DNA of 64,000 nt, taken from NCBI GenBank assembly GCA_965204375.1, contig OZ241986.1, forward strand, positions 800,001 to 864,000, read 5' to 3'. The DNA comes from Candidatus Latescibacterota bacterium (GTDB lineage: Bacteria > Latescibacterota > UBA2968). Below the pieces are notes generated by a model. It made no database searches and had not been told where the DNA came from. It saw only the letters and a list, made by a program, of their open reading frames with translations. The translations under genes were made by a program, and so were the position numbers. Positions 51,196 through 61,593 of this stretch are shown here, piece after piece. How positions within the stretch are numbered: the stretch's first letter is position 1; each line of letters starts with the position of its first letter.

Positions 51196-52422
51196 ATGAG
51201 TGAGATTGAGTTCAGGCGAGCGATGGTAGGGGATGTGGCGGAGGTCCTTCGCGTAATGGCGCAGGCGTTTGGGAGAGCGCCGGGATCGGAGAAGTATGAG
51301 CGCGACAAGGAGAGAATTACGAGGGAGACTGACGCGCATTGGGTGCTTGTGAGAGCGGGGGAGATCGTCGGGGCGGCGCATGTTCGGCGGGAGGAGATTC
51401 AGGTGGGGCAGGCAGTTGTGGCCAAGGCGGATGTGGGGGAGGTGTGTATCGCGCCGAGTTGTCAGGGGGAGGGGCTTGGGACGGCGTTGATGAAGATGGT
51501 GGTGGGGCAGTTGAAGGCGGACGGGTATCCCCTGTCGAGGTTGGGTGGGTATCGGCGGTTCTACGAGCGGTTCGGGTGGGTGCCATTTCCGCGGGGCTAC
51601 ATCGACTTCGCGCTGCGGGGATTGACGTCGCGGGGTGGGTTTACCGATCCGGTGAGCTACCTGGACAGGCCGGGGGAGGATGCGCGGATCCGGGCGTACG
51701 ACGGACGTCGGGATGCGGCGGCGTGCGAGGCGCTTTACGCGGTGTTTAATGCGGGGCGGACAGGGGCTGAGCCAGCGCGGTCGTTCGGAGCGGGCGCAGG
51801 GAATCCGTGGCGGGTGGTATATGAGGAGAGCGAAGCGGTCCGGGCCTATGTTTTTGCGTCACAGAACGCGCCGCCTCATACGCGGTTTTCGTCGGCGGTG
51901 TCGATCTCCGACGGGGCGTGCGATCCGGATGATACGCAGCCGCTTGGGGCAACGCTGCGATACGTTCTGCGTCAGGCGGCGATCGCGGGGGCGGAATCGG
52001 TCAGGGCGCGGCTACCGCTGGATCCGTCGCTCTACGATCTGTATCGGGATTCGAGCTGTGGGTTCGTGCCGTCGCTCTGGCAGTCGTCGGAAGGCGGGAA
52101 CATGCTGCAGGTGCTGAGTCTGAGAGGGCTGATTGAGGCGATTGCGGCGGAACTGACGGAGCGGCTGCGGACGGCGAAACAGGCGACGGGCGAGGTCGGT
52201 CTTCGCGTGCGGGGGGAGACGGTTGGATTGGCGTGGGATGGAGAGCGGTTGACGGTGGGAGAAGGGAAAGGGGATTGGATGGCGCTCGGGCAGGATGGGG
52301 TGATGAAGATGGTGCTGGGGTTGGTGCCGGTGGAGCAGGTCGTGGAAGGAGAGAGGGAGGATGTGGCTATGCTGAGGGCGGCGTTTCCGGCGCAGGGGAC
52401 TGCGACGGGGATTTGGGGGTGA
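51196..52422 (+). CDS. Eis-like GNAT acetyltransferase
   Basis: VCIAPSCQGEGLGTALM, FYERFGW; two GNAT lobes plus SCP2-like tail. Confidence 0.85.
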   Translation: MSEIEFRRAMVGDVAEVLRVMAQAFGRAPGSEKYERDKERITRETDAHWVLVRAGEIVGAAHVRREEIQVGQAVVAKADVGEVCIAPSCQGEGLGTALMKMVVGQLKADGYPLSRLGGYRRFYERFGWVPFPRGYIDFALRGLTSRGGFTDPVSYLDRPGEDARIRAYDGRRDAAACEALYAVFNAGRTGAEPARSFGAGAGNPWRVVYEESEAVRAYVFASQNAPPHTRFSSAVSISDGACDPDDTQPLGATLRYVLRQAAIAGAESVRARLPLDPSLYDLYRDSSCGFVPSLWQSSEGGNMLQVLSLRGLIEAIAAELTERLRTAKQATGEVGLRVRGETVGLAWDGERLTVGEGKGDWMALGQDGVMKMVLGLVPVEQVVEGEREDVAMLRAAFPAQGTATGIWG

Positions 52423-52477
52423 ATCAGATACAGGGAAATCGCCCCAGATACACAACATCACCAAACGAGAGATCAGT

Positions 52478-53350
52478 ATGTCATCAAACATCCACTTTGC
52501 TATGGGCGGCGCCATTTTCAGAGCCTTCACGACTGAATCCGCGGCACTGATTGCCAAGCACGGTCTGCCGGGCGTCGAACCTTACCGCAGTGGCCTGATC
52601 GCCTGGCTCGACGACCCGCAAGCGCTGAAGGCCCTCCTCGACGAACACGGTATTCGGCTCATTACCGCGTCAAACGGCGGGCCCGGTCAGTCGATGGAAT
52701 TCATCAATCGGTCAAAACGTCGTGAAACAATCGCCGACCACGTCGCTTTCTGCCGCGATTTCCTGAAGATCTTCGGCTGCACGCACTTCAAGATCAACAT
52801 GGGTAGCCGCCCGCAGAACGGAACAACTGTGGATGACATCAAAGCGATCTCGGAGACTGTGTCAGAACTCGGCAAGCGAACGCTTGAGATGGGGGTGACG
52901 ATTGCGCCACACCCACATATCTGGGGGCCAATTGAGCGGCCTGAGGAAGTTCGCGCCCTTCTCGATCAGACCGACCCAGATGTCGTATCCTGGATTCCCG
53001 ATACCGCACAGCTCAACCTCGGAGGAGGCGATCCCGTTCAACTCATTGACGATTATTACGACCGGCTGGCCGCCGTCCACTGGAAGGACTCGAAGGCGTC
53101 GTATCGCGGTTATACTGGCCCGACACCGACGAAGGAGATGCACGCGGAGGAAATTCTGTACAAAAATCTGGGATCCGGCGGTGTTGACCACCCTGCGATT
53201 TGGGCCATGCTGAATGAACGAGGCTACGACGGATGGATTACGCTCGATCTCGATCCCCCGCGTCCAAACGAAGGCGAAGGTTCAGTTGACGACAAAATGG
53301 GGATCAACTGCAGGTATCTAACCGAGACATTGAAAGTTTCCCACCTTTAG
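52478..53350 (+). CDS. sugar phosphate isomerase/epimerase, IolE-like TIM barrel
   Basis: PHPHIWGPIE, PDTAQL..GG, VHWKD, LGSGGVD, GYDGWITL. Confidence 0.85.
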   Translation: MSSNIHFAMGGAIFRAFTTESAALIAKHGLPGVEPYRSGLIAWLDDPQALKALLDEHGIRLITASNGGPGQSMEFINRSKRRETIADHVAFCRDFLKIFGCTHFKINMGSRPQNGTTVDDIKAISETVSELGKRTLEMGVTIAPHPHIWGPIERPEEVRALLDQTDPDVVSWIPDTAQLNLGGGDPVQLIDDYYDRLAAVHWKDSKASYRGYTGPTPTKEMHAEEILYKNLGSGGVDHPAIWAMLNERGYDGWITLDLDPPRPNEGEGSVDDKMGINCRYLTETLKVSHL

Positions 53351-53652
53351 TGCGCCAACTCCGATAGGGTTGAAGAACATGGTCTGACTTTATCGAGGGA
53401 GAAAACAGGTTTACCGTATTTAACTTGTTTTGTTATACCTTTTTGTCTTTGTGTTAGATACCTTATGGTCCTGCTGTTGCAAACCAATGGTCGCCCCCAA
53501 GCATTGCAGACGCTGATCGGCGCCGAGCGGGATTGCGGCACCGGCTTCCTGCTGCTTGCCAACGCATTTGCTGTCCTGTATCCGCGAGGTAGTCAAAGAA
53601 AAACGACTTCTATTGCCATGCTCTATTGGCGATGCCACAATAGGAGATCATC

Positions 53653-54897
53653 ATGCTCAAGAAACTGACTGTCCGAAACTTCAAGTCTCTCAACGACGTC
53701 ACGGTAGAGTTACCACGTCTATCGGTTCTGTTTGGCCCCAACGCCGTGGGTAAGAGCAATCTGCTTGATGCCATCCAGACTCTTTCAAGGATGGGTAACA
53801 CACCCTCATTATCCGAAGCACTTGGGGGATCGTTCCCAGTACGTGGCTACCCCTTTGAAGCGTTCTCTTTCGCTCCAGAAGGGTTGCCTGCACTGATCCA
53901 GAAAGGATTTGCACGGTTTACGTTAGAGGCCGATCTGACTACTGGTAGAGAGAATTATCGGTATCGTATTGAGCCGCAAATTGATCTCAAATCGGGCCAA
54001 CTTAGCGTTACTGACGAATATCTAACTCAACTTGATGTTTACGGAAGACCGAAGGGAACCGCAGCTATTGAGCGCCTGGGAGCACATCTCCATATCCGCG
54101 CCCAAGACAAAACAGATTATATACGGCAGGAGTTGGTTGGCTTGAATCACTCTATTTTGTCCGACCGAAGTCTGGGATCCAAGGCATACCCCTATCTGGC
54201 GCAAGTTCGCAATGAGTTGCTGAACTGGCGCACCTACTATTTCGAGCCACGGATGAAAATGCGGGATGAGCAATCTCCTGCCGACGTGTTCGACATAGGC
54301 ATTCACGGGGAGTACATTGCATCATTTCTGTACAAGCTTCGAGCAGAATACCCCAAGTATTTTGATGCTGTCTTACGAACATTACGCTCAATCGTACCAA
54401 GTATTGAGACGCTGAACGTCGAATTGGACGAACGACGCGGTACGCTGAATCTATCAATTCGACAGGGGGGCATAGAGTATTCTTCGCGGGTCGTATCTGA
54501 AGGAACATTGAGAGTCCTCGCACTTTGCGCCATGGCTGTTAATCCCTGGAGCGGCTCTCTCGTAGCATTGGAGGAACCAGAAAATGGTGTTCATCCGCGC
54601 CAGATCGATCTGATTGCTCAACTTCTGTTCTCTATAACTGAACAGTATCCGTGTCAGGTTGTAGTCACGACACACTCACCGCTATTTGTTGATGCAATCC
54701 TGAAGGTAAAGCGAGAAGCAGAATCAAGCGATATTGGCCTCTTCAATGTTCGTATTACCGCACAAGGAACAGTAGTCGAGCCTTTTGATGTTACAGATCC
54801 GCTGTTTCAGGATGCCGAAATCGCGAAGGCACTTGCGAACCAGACAGAAGACGGCATGTTCGAAAGTCTGATATTGCGGGGGCTTATTGATGAGTAA
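53653..54897 (+). CDS. AAA_21/AAA_15-type ABC ATPase (defence-associated)
   Basis: VRNFKSL, GPNAVGKSN (Walker A), SEGTLR, LEEPENGVHP (Walker B), TTHSP. Confidence 0.92.
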   Translation: MLKKLTVRNFKSLNDVTVELPRLSVLFGPNAVGKSNLLDAIQTLSRMGNTPSLSEALGGSFPVRGYPFEAFSFAPEGLPALIQKGFARFTLEADLTTGRENYRYRIEPQIDLKSGQLSVTDEYLTQLDVYGRPKGTAAIERLGAHLHIRAQDKTDYIRQELVGLNHSILSDRSLGSKAYPYLAQVRNELLNWRTYYFEPRMKMRDEQSPADVFDIGIHGEYIASFLYKLRAEYPKYFDAVLRTLRSIVPSIETLNVELDERRGTLNLSIRQGGIEYSSRVVSEGTLRVLALCAMAVNPWSGSLVALEEPENGVHPRQIDLIAQLLFSITEQYPCQVVVTTHSPLFVDAILKVKREAESSDIGLFNVRITAQGTVVEPFDVTDPLFQDAEIAKALANQTEDGMFESLILRGLIDE

Positions 54898-54990
54898 TCA
54901 AGTTATAGTCGATCTCTACTAAATGCGTTCCTGCGCGATTTACGAGCCATGTTACGGCAAGTAACACACAGTGGAGACGAAATTGGATAA
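54890..54990 (+). pseudogene. internally deleted partner gene of the AAA ATPase
   Basis: ATG overlapping the ATPase 3' end gives MSNQVIVDLY*. A different frame immediately gives SLLNAFLRDLRAMLRQVTHSGDEIG*, which looks like a C-terminus. Confidence 0.65.
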
Positions 54991-55115
54991 TTCCCTAACC
55001 TCATTCTTCCGCAACTCAATCACTCTGACGAACAGCAACCAGGATTTAAAGACGTATTTGGGACAAGCCTGAAGGTGGGGGAGAGTGTGAATCTGATGAC
55101 ATTCTCAATGCCTGC

Positions 55116-55144
55116 TTGACGACTCGCCATTAGCTGAGTATAAT
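55116..55144 (+). promoter_or_regulatory. sigma70 promoter of the mod-res operon
   Basis: TTGACG-17 nt-TATAAT. Confidence 0.8.
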
Positions 55145-55255
55145 TGATTACTCTCCCATTTCAGACCATTGGATTTCAATGTACTCCCCCCGAGATTCGA
55201 TGTCTGATACCTGTACCATTTCTAACTTTTTTCACTCCAACCAGAAATTTCCATC

Positions 55256-58200
55256 ATGAATGATTCAATCTTATCCCGTTCGATATCAAATGGCGTGCAA
55301 TCAGCTCCGGGATCCGAAGGAAAGCTCAACCGGCTGAAGACCTTGCTGCGCGAGATGTTTCAACTTGATCGCGGCGATCTGGATTTTGGTCTGTACCGGA
55401 TCATGAACCTGAAGACCGCTGAGGTCGCGGCATTTCTCGACAATGACTTGTTGCCGCAGGTGCAGGAGCAACTCAATCTCACGGGCAATGAGGAGCGCGT
55501 CAGACTGGAAAAGGAACTACAGGATGCCCGTGAGCAAGCCCGAATGGGGGGCTATGACCCCGACACCCAGCCCTCGCCCAAGATTATCGATCTGAACCAA
55601 AGGCTTGCCGAGATGCAAAAAGACGCGGACGCTGAAGCCGATGTGTACAACCATCTCGCCAATTTTTTCGCACGCTATTACGCCGAGGGCGATTTTATCT
55701 CACAACGTCGCTACTCAAGCGGCGGCCGCTCAGCCTATCTGATCCCTTACGATGGTGAAGAAGTCAAGTTGCACTGGGCCAACGCGGACCAGTACTATGT
55801 CAAAACGACAGAGAACTACGCCTCCTATGTATTCTCTGTCGGCACAGGTGAAGCAGAGAGGCGCGTGCGCTTTGAGATCGCGGCAGCCGATAACGAGAGA
55901 GACAACATCAAGGCAGCCGACAGCAAACAGCGTCGTTTCGTCCTCGCGGGCGACGATAATGCCATTGCGATTGAGGATGGCGTGCTCATTGTGCGCTTTG
56001 ATCACCGGCCGCTGACCGATAGCGAAAAGCAGACGTGGACGGGCAATGGTGTTAGACAACAGGGCCGGATTAACGAGACGGTAGTCAATCGGATTCTCAA
56101 GGCGGTAGCCCCTGATTGGCAGGCTCTGCTGGCTGTACTGGCACCAACAGACACGAATGAAGAGCGCACGTTGCTTGAGAAACACGTCGAGCGATACACG
56201 GCAAAGAATAGTTTTGACTACTTCATTCACAAGGACCTGGGCGGCTTTTTGCGCCGCGAATTGGACCTGTATCTGAACACGGAAGTGCTGAACTTAGACG
56301 ATCTGGAACAAGGCGATGTCCCCCGGCTGGATCGGGCATTGGCGCGCGTACGTGCGACCCGTCACATCGGCGGAAAAATCATCGACTTTCTGGCACAATT
56401 AGAGAATTTTCAGAAGCAACTCTGGTTAAAGAAAAAGTTTGTTCTTGAAACCCAATGGTGCGTCACTCTGGATCGCGTCCCGGAGGATTTGTATCCCGAA
56501 ATCATCGCCAACGCGGACCAGTGCAAGGAATGGGTTGAGTTGTTCGCTGTTGACGAAATCCCGGGCGACCTGATAAATGGAGGTGCGACCTGGAACAATC
56601 CGCCGAGTGTAGATTTCCTCAAGACCAATCCCTATCTCGTGCTGGATACCCGGCACTTCGACCGCGATTTCACCGACAGACTGCTGGCGGTACTCTCTAA
56701 CGGTGGATCACTGGACGAGCAGCTAGACGGGCTGTTGGTACATGGCGAGAATTTTCAGGCGTTGAATCTGCTACAAGCGCGGTATCAGGGGCAGGTGGAT
56801 TGCGTCTATGTCGATCCTCCGTACAATACCGGTGACTCCGAAATTCTCTACAAAAATGGCTATAAGGATGCCAGTTGGTTGATGCTGATAGAGAATCGTC
56901 TTATAGCTGGAAAAAAATTCCTCTCAAAAAACGGGATACAATGCACGACGATTGATGACATAGAATTTCATAGATTGAGAGAATTGGTTGCTCAAGTGTT
57001 TGGTGAAGAAAATATAGCAGGTGTTGCTGTAATAAAAAACAATCCTTCAGGTCGATCCACTGTGAAGGGGTTTTCAATAGCACACGAATATGCAATTTTT
57101 AGTTTTGCATACGATGATGTTAGATTGGGGACAATACCAAGGTCTGAGGAACAACTATCCCAGTACCAGGAAGAAGATGAGAAAGGGAAATTTCAGTGGC
57201 GTAGTTTTCTCAGATCGGGCGGCGCAAATGATTTTCGTTCCGCACGTCCTCGTCTTCATTATCCGCTTATAATCGCTGGTAATAAAGTGCGATTACCTGA
57301 GATTGAATGGAATAGTGAAAATAACAGATGGAGACTGGTTGAAAATTCTCTCGAGAATGATGAGGTTGTCTGGCCTATCTCGAATGGCACAGAATATACT
57401 TGGCGATTGGGGATTGATTCGATTAAAGAACGTCTGCAGGATTTACGAGTACGTCAGATGCGAAATGGAAAAAACACAATAGAAATTAAATTCAGGCTTA
57501 ACGGGGAGGGTGTCTTACCAAAAACGGTATGGGATGAAAGGGAAATGAATGCAACTGCATACGGGACGACCGTATTACGAAATGTTATGGGCGAATCCCA
57601 AGTGTTTTCATTCCCGAAGTCTGTTTATGCAGTTGCAAAGAGCATACGAGTTTGTTGCAATCAGAATAGTGGTACAATCCTCGACTACTTCGCCGGTTCA
57701 GGTACAACCGGCCATGCGGTCATCAACCTCAACCGCGAGGATGATGGGCAGCGTAAGTTCATTCTGGTCGATATGGCCGACTATTTTGATACTGTCATGC
57801 TGCCGCGCATGAAGAAGATCATCTATTCTCCGGACTGGAAGGATGGCAAGCCGGTTTCGCGCGATGGCGTTACACAGTTATTCAAGTACGTCCGACTGGA
57901 ATCCTACGAAGATACAATGGACAGCCTTGAAGTGACACCACCCTCAGATGCACAGCAGGATTTGCTGGCCGAGAATCCCGCATTGGCCGAGGATTATCGA
58001 CTGCGTTATGCGCTCGGTGTGGAGACGGCCGGTAGCGCGTGTCTGCTGGGCAAGGCATTCGCCGACCCCTTCTCTTACACGCTCTCCGTCGTGCGCGATG
58101 GTGTGCGCCGAGAAGTTCAGGTTGATCTGCCAGAGACCTTCAACTATTTGATCGGTTTACGCGTGACATCCTGCCAGCGGATTGACGGGGTGCTCGCGAT

Positions 58201-58447
58201 CACAGGTACGGATCCCGAGGGACGAAACTGCTTGATCCTCTGGCGAAATCTCGACGAGACGGACCACGCCGCACTGGACACCTATTTTGATCGCAATCGT
58301 GAGCAGTTCGGGTCACTGGACATCATCTACGCTAACGGCGATCACACTCTGAACGCCATGCAACAGCCCGGTGAAAATTGGACCGCAAAGATCATTGAGC
58401 CGATTTTTCGTGAATTGATGTTTGGAGAGACCAGCGATGAGCGATAG
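55256..58447 (+). CDS. mod: type III restriction-modification methyltransferase
   Basis: DLDFGLYRIMN, YDGEEVKLHWANADQYYVKT, YVDPPYNTG (motif IV), FPKS, LDYFAGSGTTGHAV (motif I), DLPETFNYLIG. Confidence 0.95.
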   Translation: MNDSILSRSISNGVQSAPGSEGKLNRLKTLLREMFQLDRGDLDFGLYRIMNLKTAEVAAFLDNDLLPQVQEQLNLTGNEERVRLEKELQDAREQARMGGYDPDTQPSPKIIDLNQRLAEMQKDADAEADVYNHLANFFARYYAEGDFISQRRYSSGGRSAYLIPYDGEEVKLHWANADQYYVKTTENYASYVFSVGTGEAERRVRFEIAAADNERDNIKAADSKQRRFVLAGDDNAIAIEDGVLIVRFDHRPLTDSEKQTWTGNGVRQQGRINETVVNRILKAVAPDWQALLAVLAPTDTNEERTLLEKHVERYTAKNSFDYFIHKDLGGFLRRELDLYLNTEVLNLDDLEQGDVPRLDRALARVRATRHIGGKIIDFLAQLENFQKQLWLKKKFVLETQWCVTLDRVPEDLYPEIIANADQCKEWVELFAVDEIPGDLINGGATWNNPPSVDFLKTNPYLVLDTRHFDRDFTDRLLAVLSNGGSLDEQLDGLLVHGENFQALNLLQARYQGQVDCVYVDPPYNTGDSEILYKNGYKDASWLMLIENRLIAGKKFLSKNGIQCTTIDDIEFHRLRELVAQVFGEENIAGVAVIKNNPSGRSTVKGFSIAHEYAIFSFAYDDVRLGTIPRSEEQLSQYQEEDEKGKFQWRSFLRSGGANDFRSARPRLHYPLIIAGNKVRLPEIEWNSENNRWRLVENSLENDEVVWPISNGTEYTWRLGIDSIKERLQDLRVRQMRNGKNTIEIKFRLNGEGVLPKTVWDEREMNATAYGTTVLRNVMGESQVFSFPKSVYAVAKSIRVCCNQNSGTILDYFAGSGTTGHAVINLNREDDGQRKFILVDMADYFDTVMLPRMKKIIYSPDWKDGKPVSRDGVTQLFKYVRLESYEDTMDSLEVTPPSDAQQDLLAENPALAEDYRLRYALGVETAGSACLLGKAFADPFSYTLSVVRDGVRREVQVDLPETFNYLIGLRVTSCQRIDGVLAITGTDPEGRNCLILWRNLDETDHAALDTYFDRNREQFGSLDIIYANGDHTLNAMQQPGENWTAKIIEPIFRELMFGETSDER

Positions 58448-61400
58448 ACGATCTATGACACGCCTACAAAGTCGCCTCGCCCTGCATCGCTTTATCTGCC
58501 GAGAATTTGGCTACGACGACATGGACAGGATGCTCGAACGGTTGCACTTTGCTCAAGGCGAACTCGTCTCAGAAGGTGAGAGCGACTATGCCCAGACACT
58601 AAACCCGCTTCCCACTCGTACCCGTGTTACTGCTGACCAATTTGCCGAATACGACGCCAACATCACGACGCACAGCCGCCGGTTGCGTATGACAGAAGAA
58701 CACGGCCGTACCTGGAAACCCCACCAATACCTCGCCCTATTATTCACCGAACATTATTTGCACCGCTATTTCGACGACCCCGAGGCCCTGTGCGCCGACC
58801 TGAACCATGAGAAAGCCAGCCATCTTCCAACAGCGAGAATGCCGGACTATACGGTAGAAGATCTGCACACCCTCGCTTTCCAGAGCGCGACGGGTTCTGG
58901 AAAAACGCTCCTCATGCACGCCCATATTCTGCAATACCAGCACTATCTGGAACGTGCGGGTAAGCAGCTAAACAATATCGTGCTGGTGACACCGAATGAG
59001 CAGATGTCTGTGCAGCACGAGCGCGAGATGCAGGAAAGCGGTCTGCGGGCGCGGCTGTTCTCCAGCGAAGCCAGTTCTGATTTGTTCCAGACCGTTGAGA
59101 TCATTGACCTGAATAAACTCGCCGAAAAAAAGGGTGTAAAGCGCGTGGCCGTGACGGATTTCGGTGACGATAATCTGGTATTGGTTGACGAAGGACACCT
59201 GGGCGCATCGGGCAATGTTTGGCGCGAACGCCGCAGGGAATTAGCAAGTGGTGGCTTTGCATTTGAATACTCCGCGACCTTCAATCAGGTAGCGGGCAGA
59301 GACAACGACCTTCTAAACGCCTATGGCAAATGCCTGTTATTCGACTACACGTACCGCCGATTCCACACAGATGGCTACGGCAAGGACTACGCCATCTTGA
59401 ACCTGCCTGGCGGGGTGCAGGACGAGAACAGCGACATGTACCTGCTGGGTTGCCTGCTGACCTTCTACCAGCAATACCGCATCTGGCGTGACAAGGGCGC
59501 GTCGTGGAAAGCATTTAATCCGGCAAAACCACTGCAAGTATTCCTCGGCAAGACGGTAACGGGATCGAGCAAAGCAGATCGGGAGACCCGCTCCGACGTC
59601 ATCCGCATCTTAAAGTTTCTCGGCTGGGTGCTGGCCCATGGCGAAGATGTGCGGCACATGATCCAACGCCTATTAGCCGGAAAATCAGGATTACTCGACA
59701 GCACTGGCAACGATTACTTTTCTGGCCGCTTTTCTCATCTGCCGAGTGGAGAAGACCTCTACGCCGATCTCTGTAAAACCCTGTTTCACGGAGCGGGACG
59801 GCTACACGTCGTTTATCTGACCGCAGGCGAGGGTGAGTTACACCTTCGCACCGCTGACAATGATCCTTTTGGCGTGGTCAATGTCGGGGACTCGGCGAAG
59901 CTCTACAACTTGCTTACAGAAGAATCTAACCCCGATTTCGACGTTGATCGGGAGATGGGCTTTGCCGTACGGCTATTCGCCGATGTAGATCGTCAAGACT
60001 CAACTGTGAACATCGTCATCGGCGCGCGTCGCTTCATCGCGGGCTGGAACTCATGGCGCGTGAGTACAATGGGGCTGATGCACGTCGGCGTGGGCGAAGG
60101 ACCTGAAATCATCCAGATGTTCGGGCGCGGCGTACGTCTGAAGGGCTATAACATGAGCCTGAAGCGGCACCGCGAAATCGGAGGGGAACTGCCAGCAGAC
60201 AGCGACGAACTGACGGAATTGGAGAAGCTATACATCTTTGGGCTGCGTGCCAACTACATGCAGACCTTCCGGGATCTGCTACAAAAAGAAGGAATGCGCG
60301 CCGGACAAGAGACCTTTAGCTTGCCCACCACATGGAATTTTGCCAAGAAGACAGACCTGAAGCTGATCCGGCTCAAGGATGATCGAAAATACAACCTCTC
60401 CGCTGAGCGTCCCATCTTACCGGGACCAGGAGATGAAGATAGCCCCATTGTAACACTGGATCTGTACTCGAAGCTTCAATCCGTTGCATCCGATGGCGCT
60501 GTGCTCAGTGAGGAAACAGAACAAAATTCGGTCAAACTCACGTCACACACCACCTTCTTCAACACAACCCGCATTTACGAGCGGTTGTTATCGCGCAAAC
60601 AGCAAAAAGGTTGGCACAATCTGGTTATTGAGCGGCAGACAGTGGAACAGCTATTGCAAAGCAAGGACTGGTACGAACTCTACATGCCGCCAGATCGGTT
60701 GAACCCTACCGGATTCGGGCAGATGCACGGACTGGAGAACATCGCCCTTGATCTAATTACCGAATACGCCGATAACTTCTGGCGCAAGAAGCGCAGACGC
60801 TGGGAGCACGGCGAGCTTGAGATCGTCGGGCTGGATGAGGATGATCCAAACAATGCTTTAACCTACGCGCTATCCGTGGATGTGACCGAAGAGCAATTGG
60901 TCAAGGACGCGGGTGAACTGGCGTACAACATACGCGAAGGCCAGTACGACGAGTTGGAAGACTGGTATAGGAACTTGAACATCGGCATCATCAGATCACA
61001 GGCTCATGCGTATCAGCCACTGCTACATGCCAAGAAAGACCGCATCGTTACGGTTCAACCTGTCCCTTTGGATGAAAACGAGAGGCGCGTTGTCGAGCGG
61101 CTGGAAAAACTGGCCCGGACAGGCGATTCATGCCTGCAAGGCAAAGAGTTGTTTCTAATTCGCAATCTAACGCGCGGTCGGGGCGTGTCCTTTTTTGACG
61201 ACTTCGGTTATTATCCGGACTTCATCGTCTGGTTGAAGGACGACGAGAAACAGCACATTCTGTTTCTCGATCCAAAGGGCTTAAGCAGGTTCGGCCAAAG
61301 AGAACGCAAAAAGGTGCAACTGCATCACGAGATTGCAGAAATTGAAGAGCAGGTGCGTGAGAACGACCCGGACCTGTATCTGCGTGCCTATATTCTGTCC

Positions 61401-61538
61401 GTCACGCGAGCCCCACAGATTGGTGATGAAGGGCGTTCTGCGAGTGAATGGAAAACGGATGGTGTTTACTTCCTGAACGAGCCGGATTGTCTGCAACAGG
61501 TCATCACACACGCGCTCGGTGGCGATGCTGCGCCATAA
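58437..61538 (+). CDS. res: type III restriction endonuclease (SF2 helicase + PD-(D/E)XK nuclease)
   Basis: ATGSGKT, VDEGH, EYSATF, QMFGRGVRL, YYPDFIVW...FLDPKG; overlaps the mod stop. Confidence 0.95.
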   Translation: MSDRRSMTRLQSRLALHRFICREFGYDDMDRMLERLHFAQGELVSEGESDYAQTLNPLPTRTRVTADQFAEYDANITTHSRRLRMTEEHGRTWKPHQYLALLFTEHYLHRYFDDPEALCADLNHEKASHLPTARMPDYTVEDLHTLAFQSATGSGKTLLMHAHILQYQHYLERAGKQLNNIVLVTPNEQMSVQHEREMQESGLRARLFSSEASSDLFQTVEIIDLNKLAEKKGVKRVAVTDFGDDNLVLVDEGHLGASGNVWRERRRELASGGFAFEYSATFNQVAGRDNDLLNAYGKCLLFDYTYRRFHTDGYGKDYAILNLPGGVQDENSDMYLLGCLLTFYQQYRIWRDKGASWKAFNPAKPLQVFLGKTVTGSSKADRETRSDVIRILKFLGWVLAHGEDVRHMIQRLLAGKSGLLDSTGNDYFSGRFSHLPSGEDLYADLCKTLFHGAGRLHVVYLTAGEGELHLRTADNDPFGVVNVGDSAKLYNLLTEESNPDFDVDREMGFAVRLFADVDRQDSTVNIVIGARRFIAGWNSWRVSTMGLMHVGVGEGPEIIQMFGRGVRLKGYNMSLKRHREIGGELPADSDELTELEKLYIFGLRANYMQTFRDLLQKEGMRAGQETFSLPTTWNFAKKTDLKLIRLKDDRKYNLSAERPILPGPGDEDSPIVTLDLYSKLQSVASDGAVLSEETEQNSVKLTSHTTFFNTTRIYERLLSRKQQKGWHNLVIERQTVEQLLQSKDWYELYMPPDRLNPTGFGQMHGLENIALDLITEYADNFWRKKRRRWEHGELEIVGLDEDDPNNALTYALSVDVTEEQLVKDAGELAYNIREGQYDELEDWYRNLNIGIIRSQAHAYQPLLHAKKDRIVTVQPVPLDENERRVVERLEKLARTGDSCLQGKELFLIRNLTRGRGVSFFDDFGYYPDFIVWLKDDEKQHILFLDPKGLSRFGQRERKKVQLHHEIAEIEEQVRENDPDLYLRAYILSVTRAPQIGDEGRSASEWKTDGVYFLNEPDCLQQVITHALGGDAAP

Positions 61539-61567
61539 TTTATTTGATTTTCACACCAAACAACCCC

Positions 61568-61590
61568 AACCGGCTTTGCCGGTTTTTTTT
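61568..61590 (+). terminator. intrinsic terminator after res
   Basis: AACCGGC-TTT-GCCGGTT followed by a T-tract. Confidence 0.85.
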
Positions 61591-61593
61591 ATA

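Noticed and set aside
53420-53668. Short ORFs upstream of the AAA ATPase
   Set aside because: No recognisable motifs or SD; possibly decayed remnants but unsupported.
55256-58447. Phase-variable mod (phasevarion)
   Set aside because: No long simple-sequence repeat noticed in mod or its promoter; the frame is intact.
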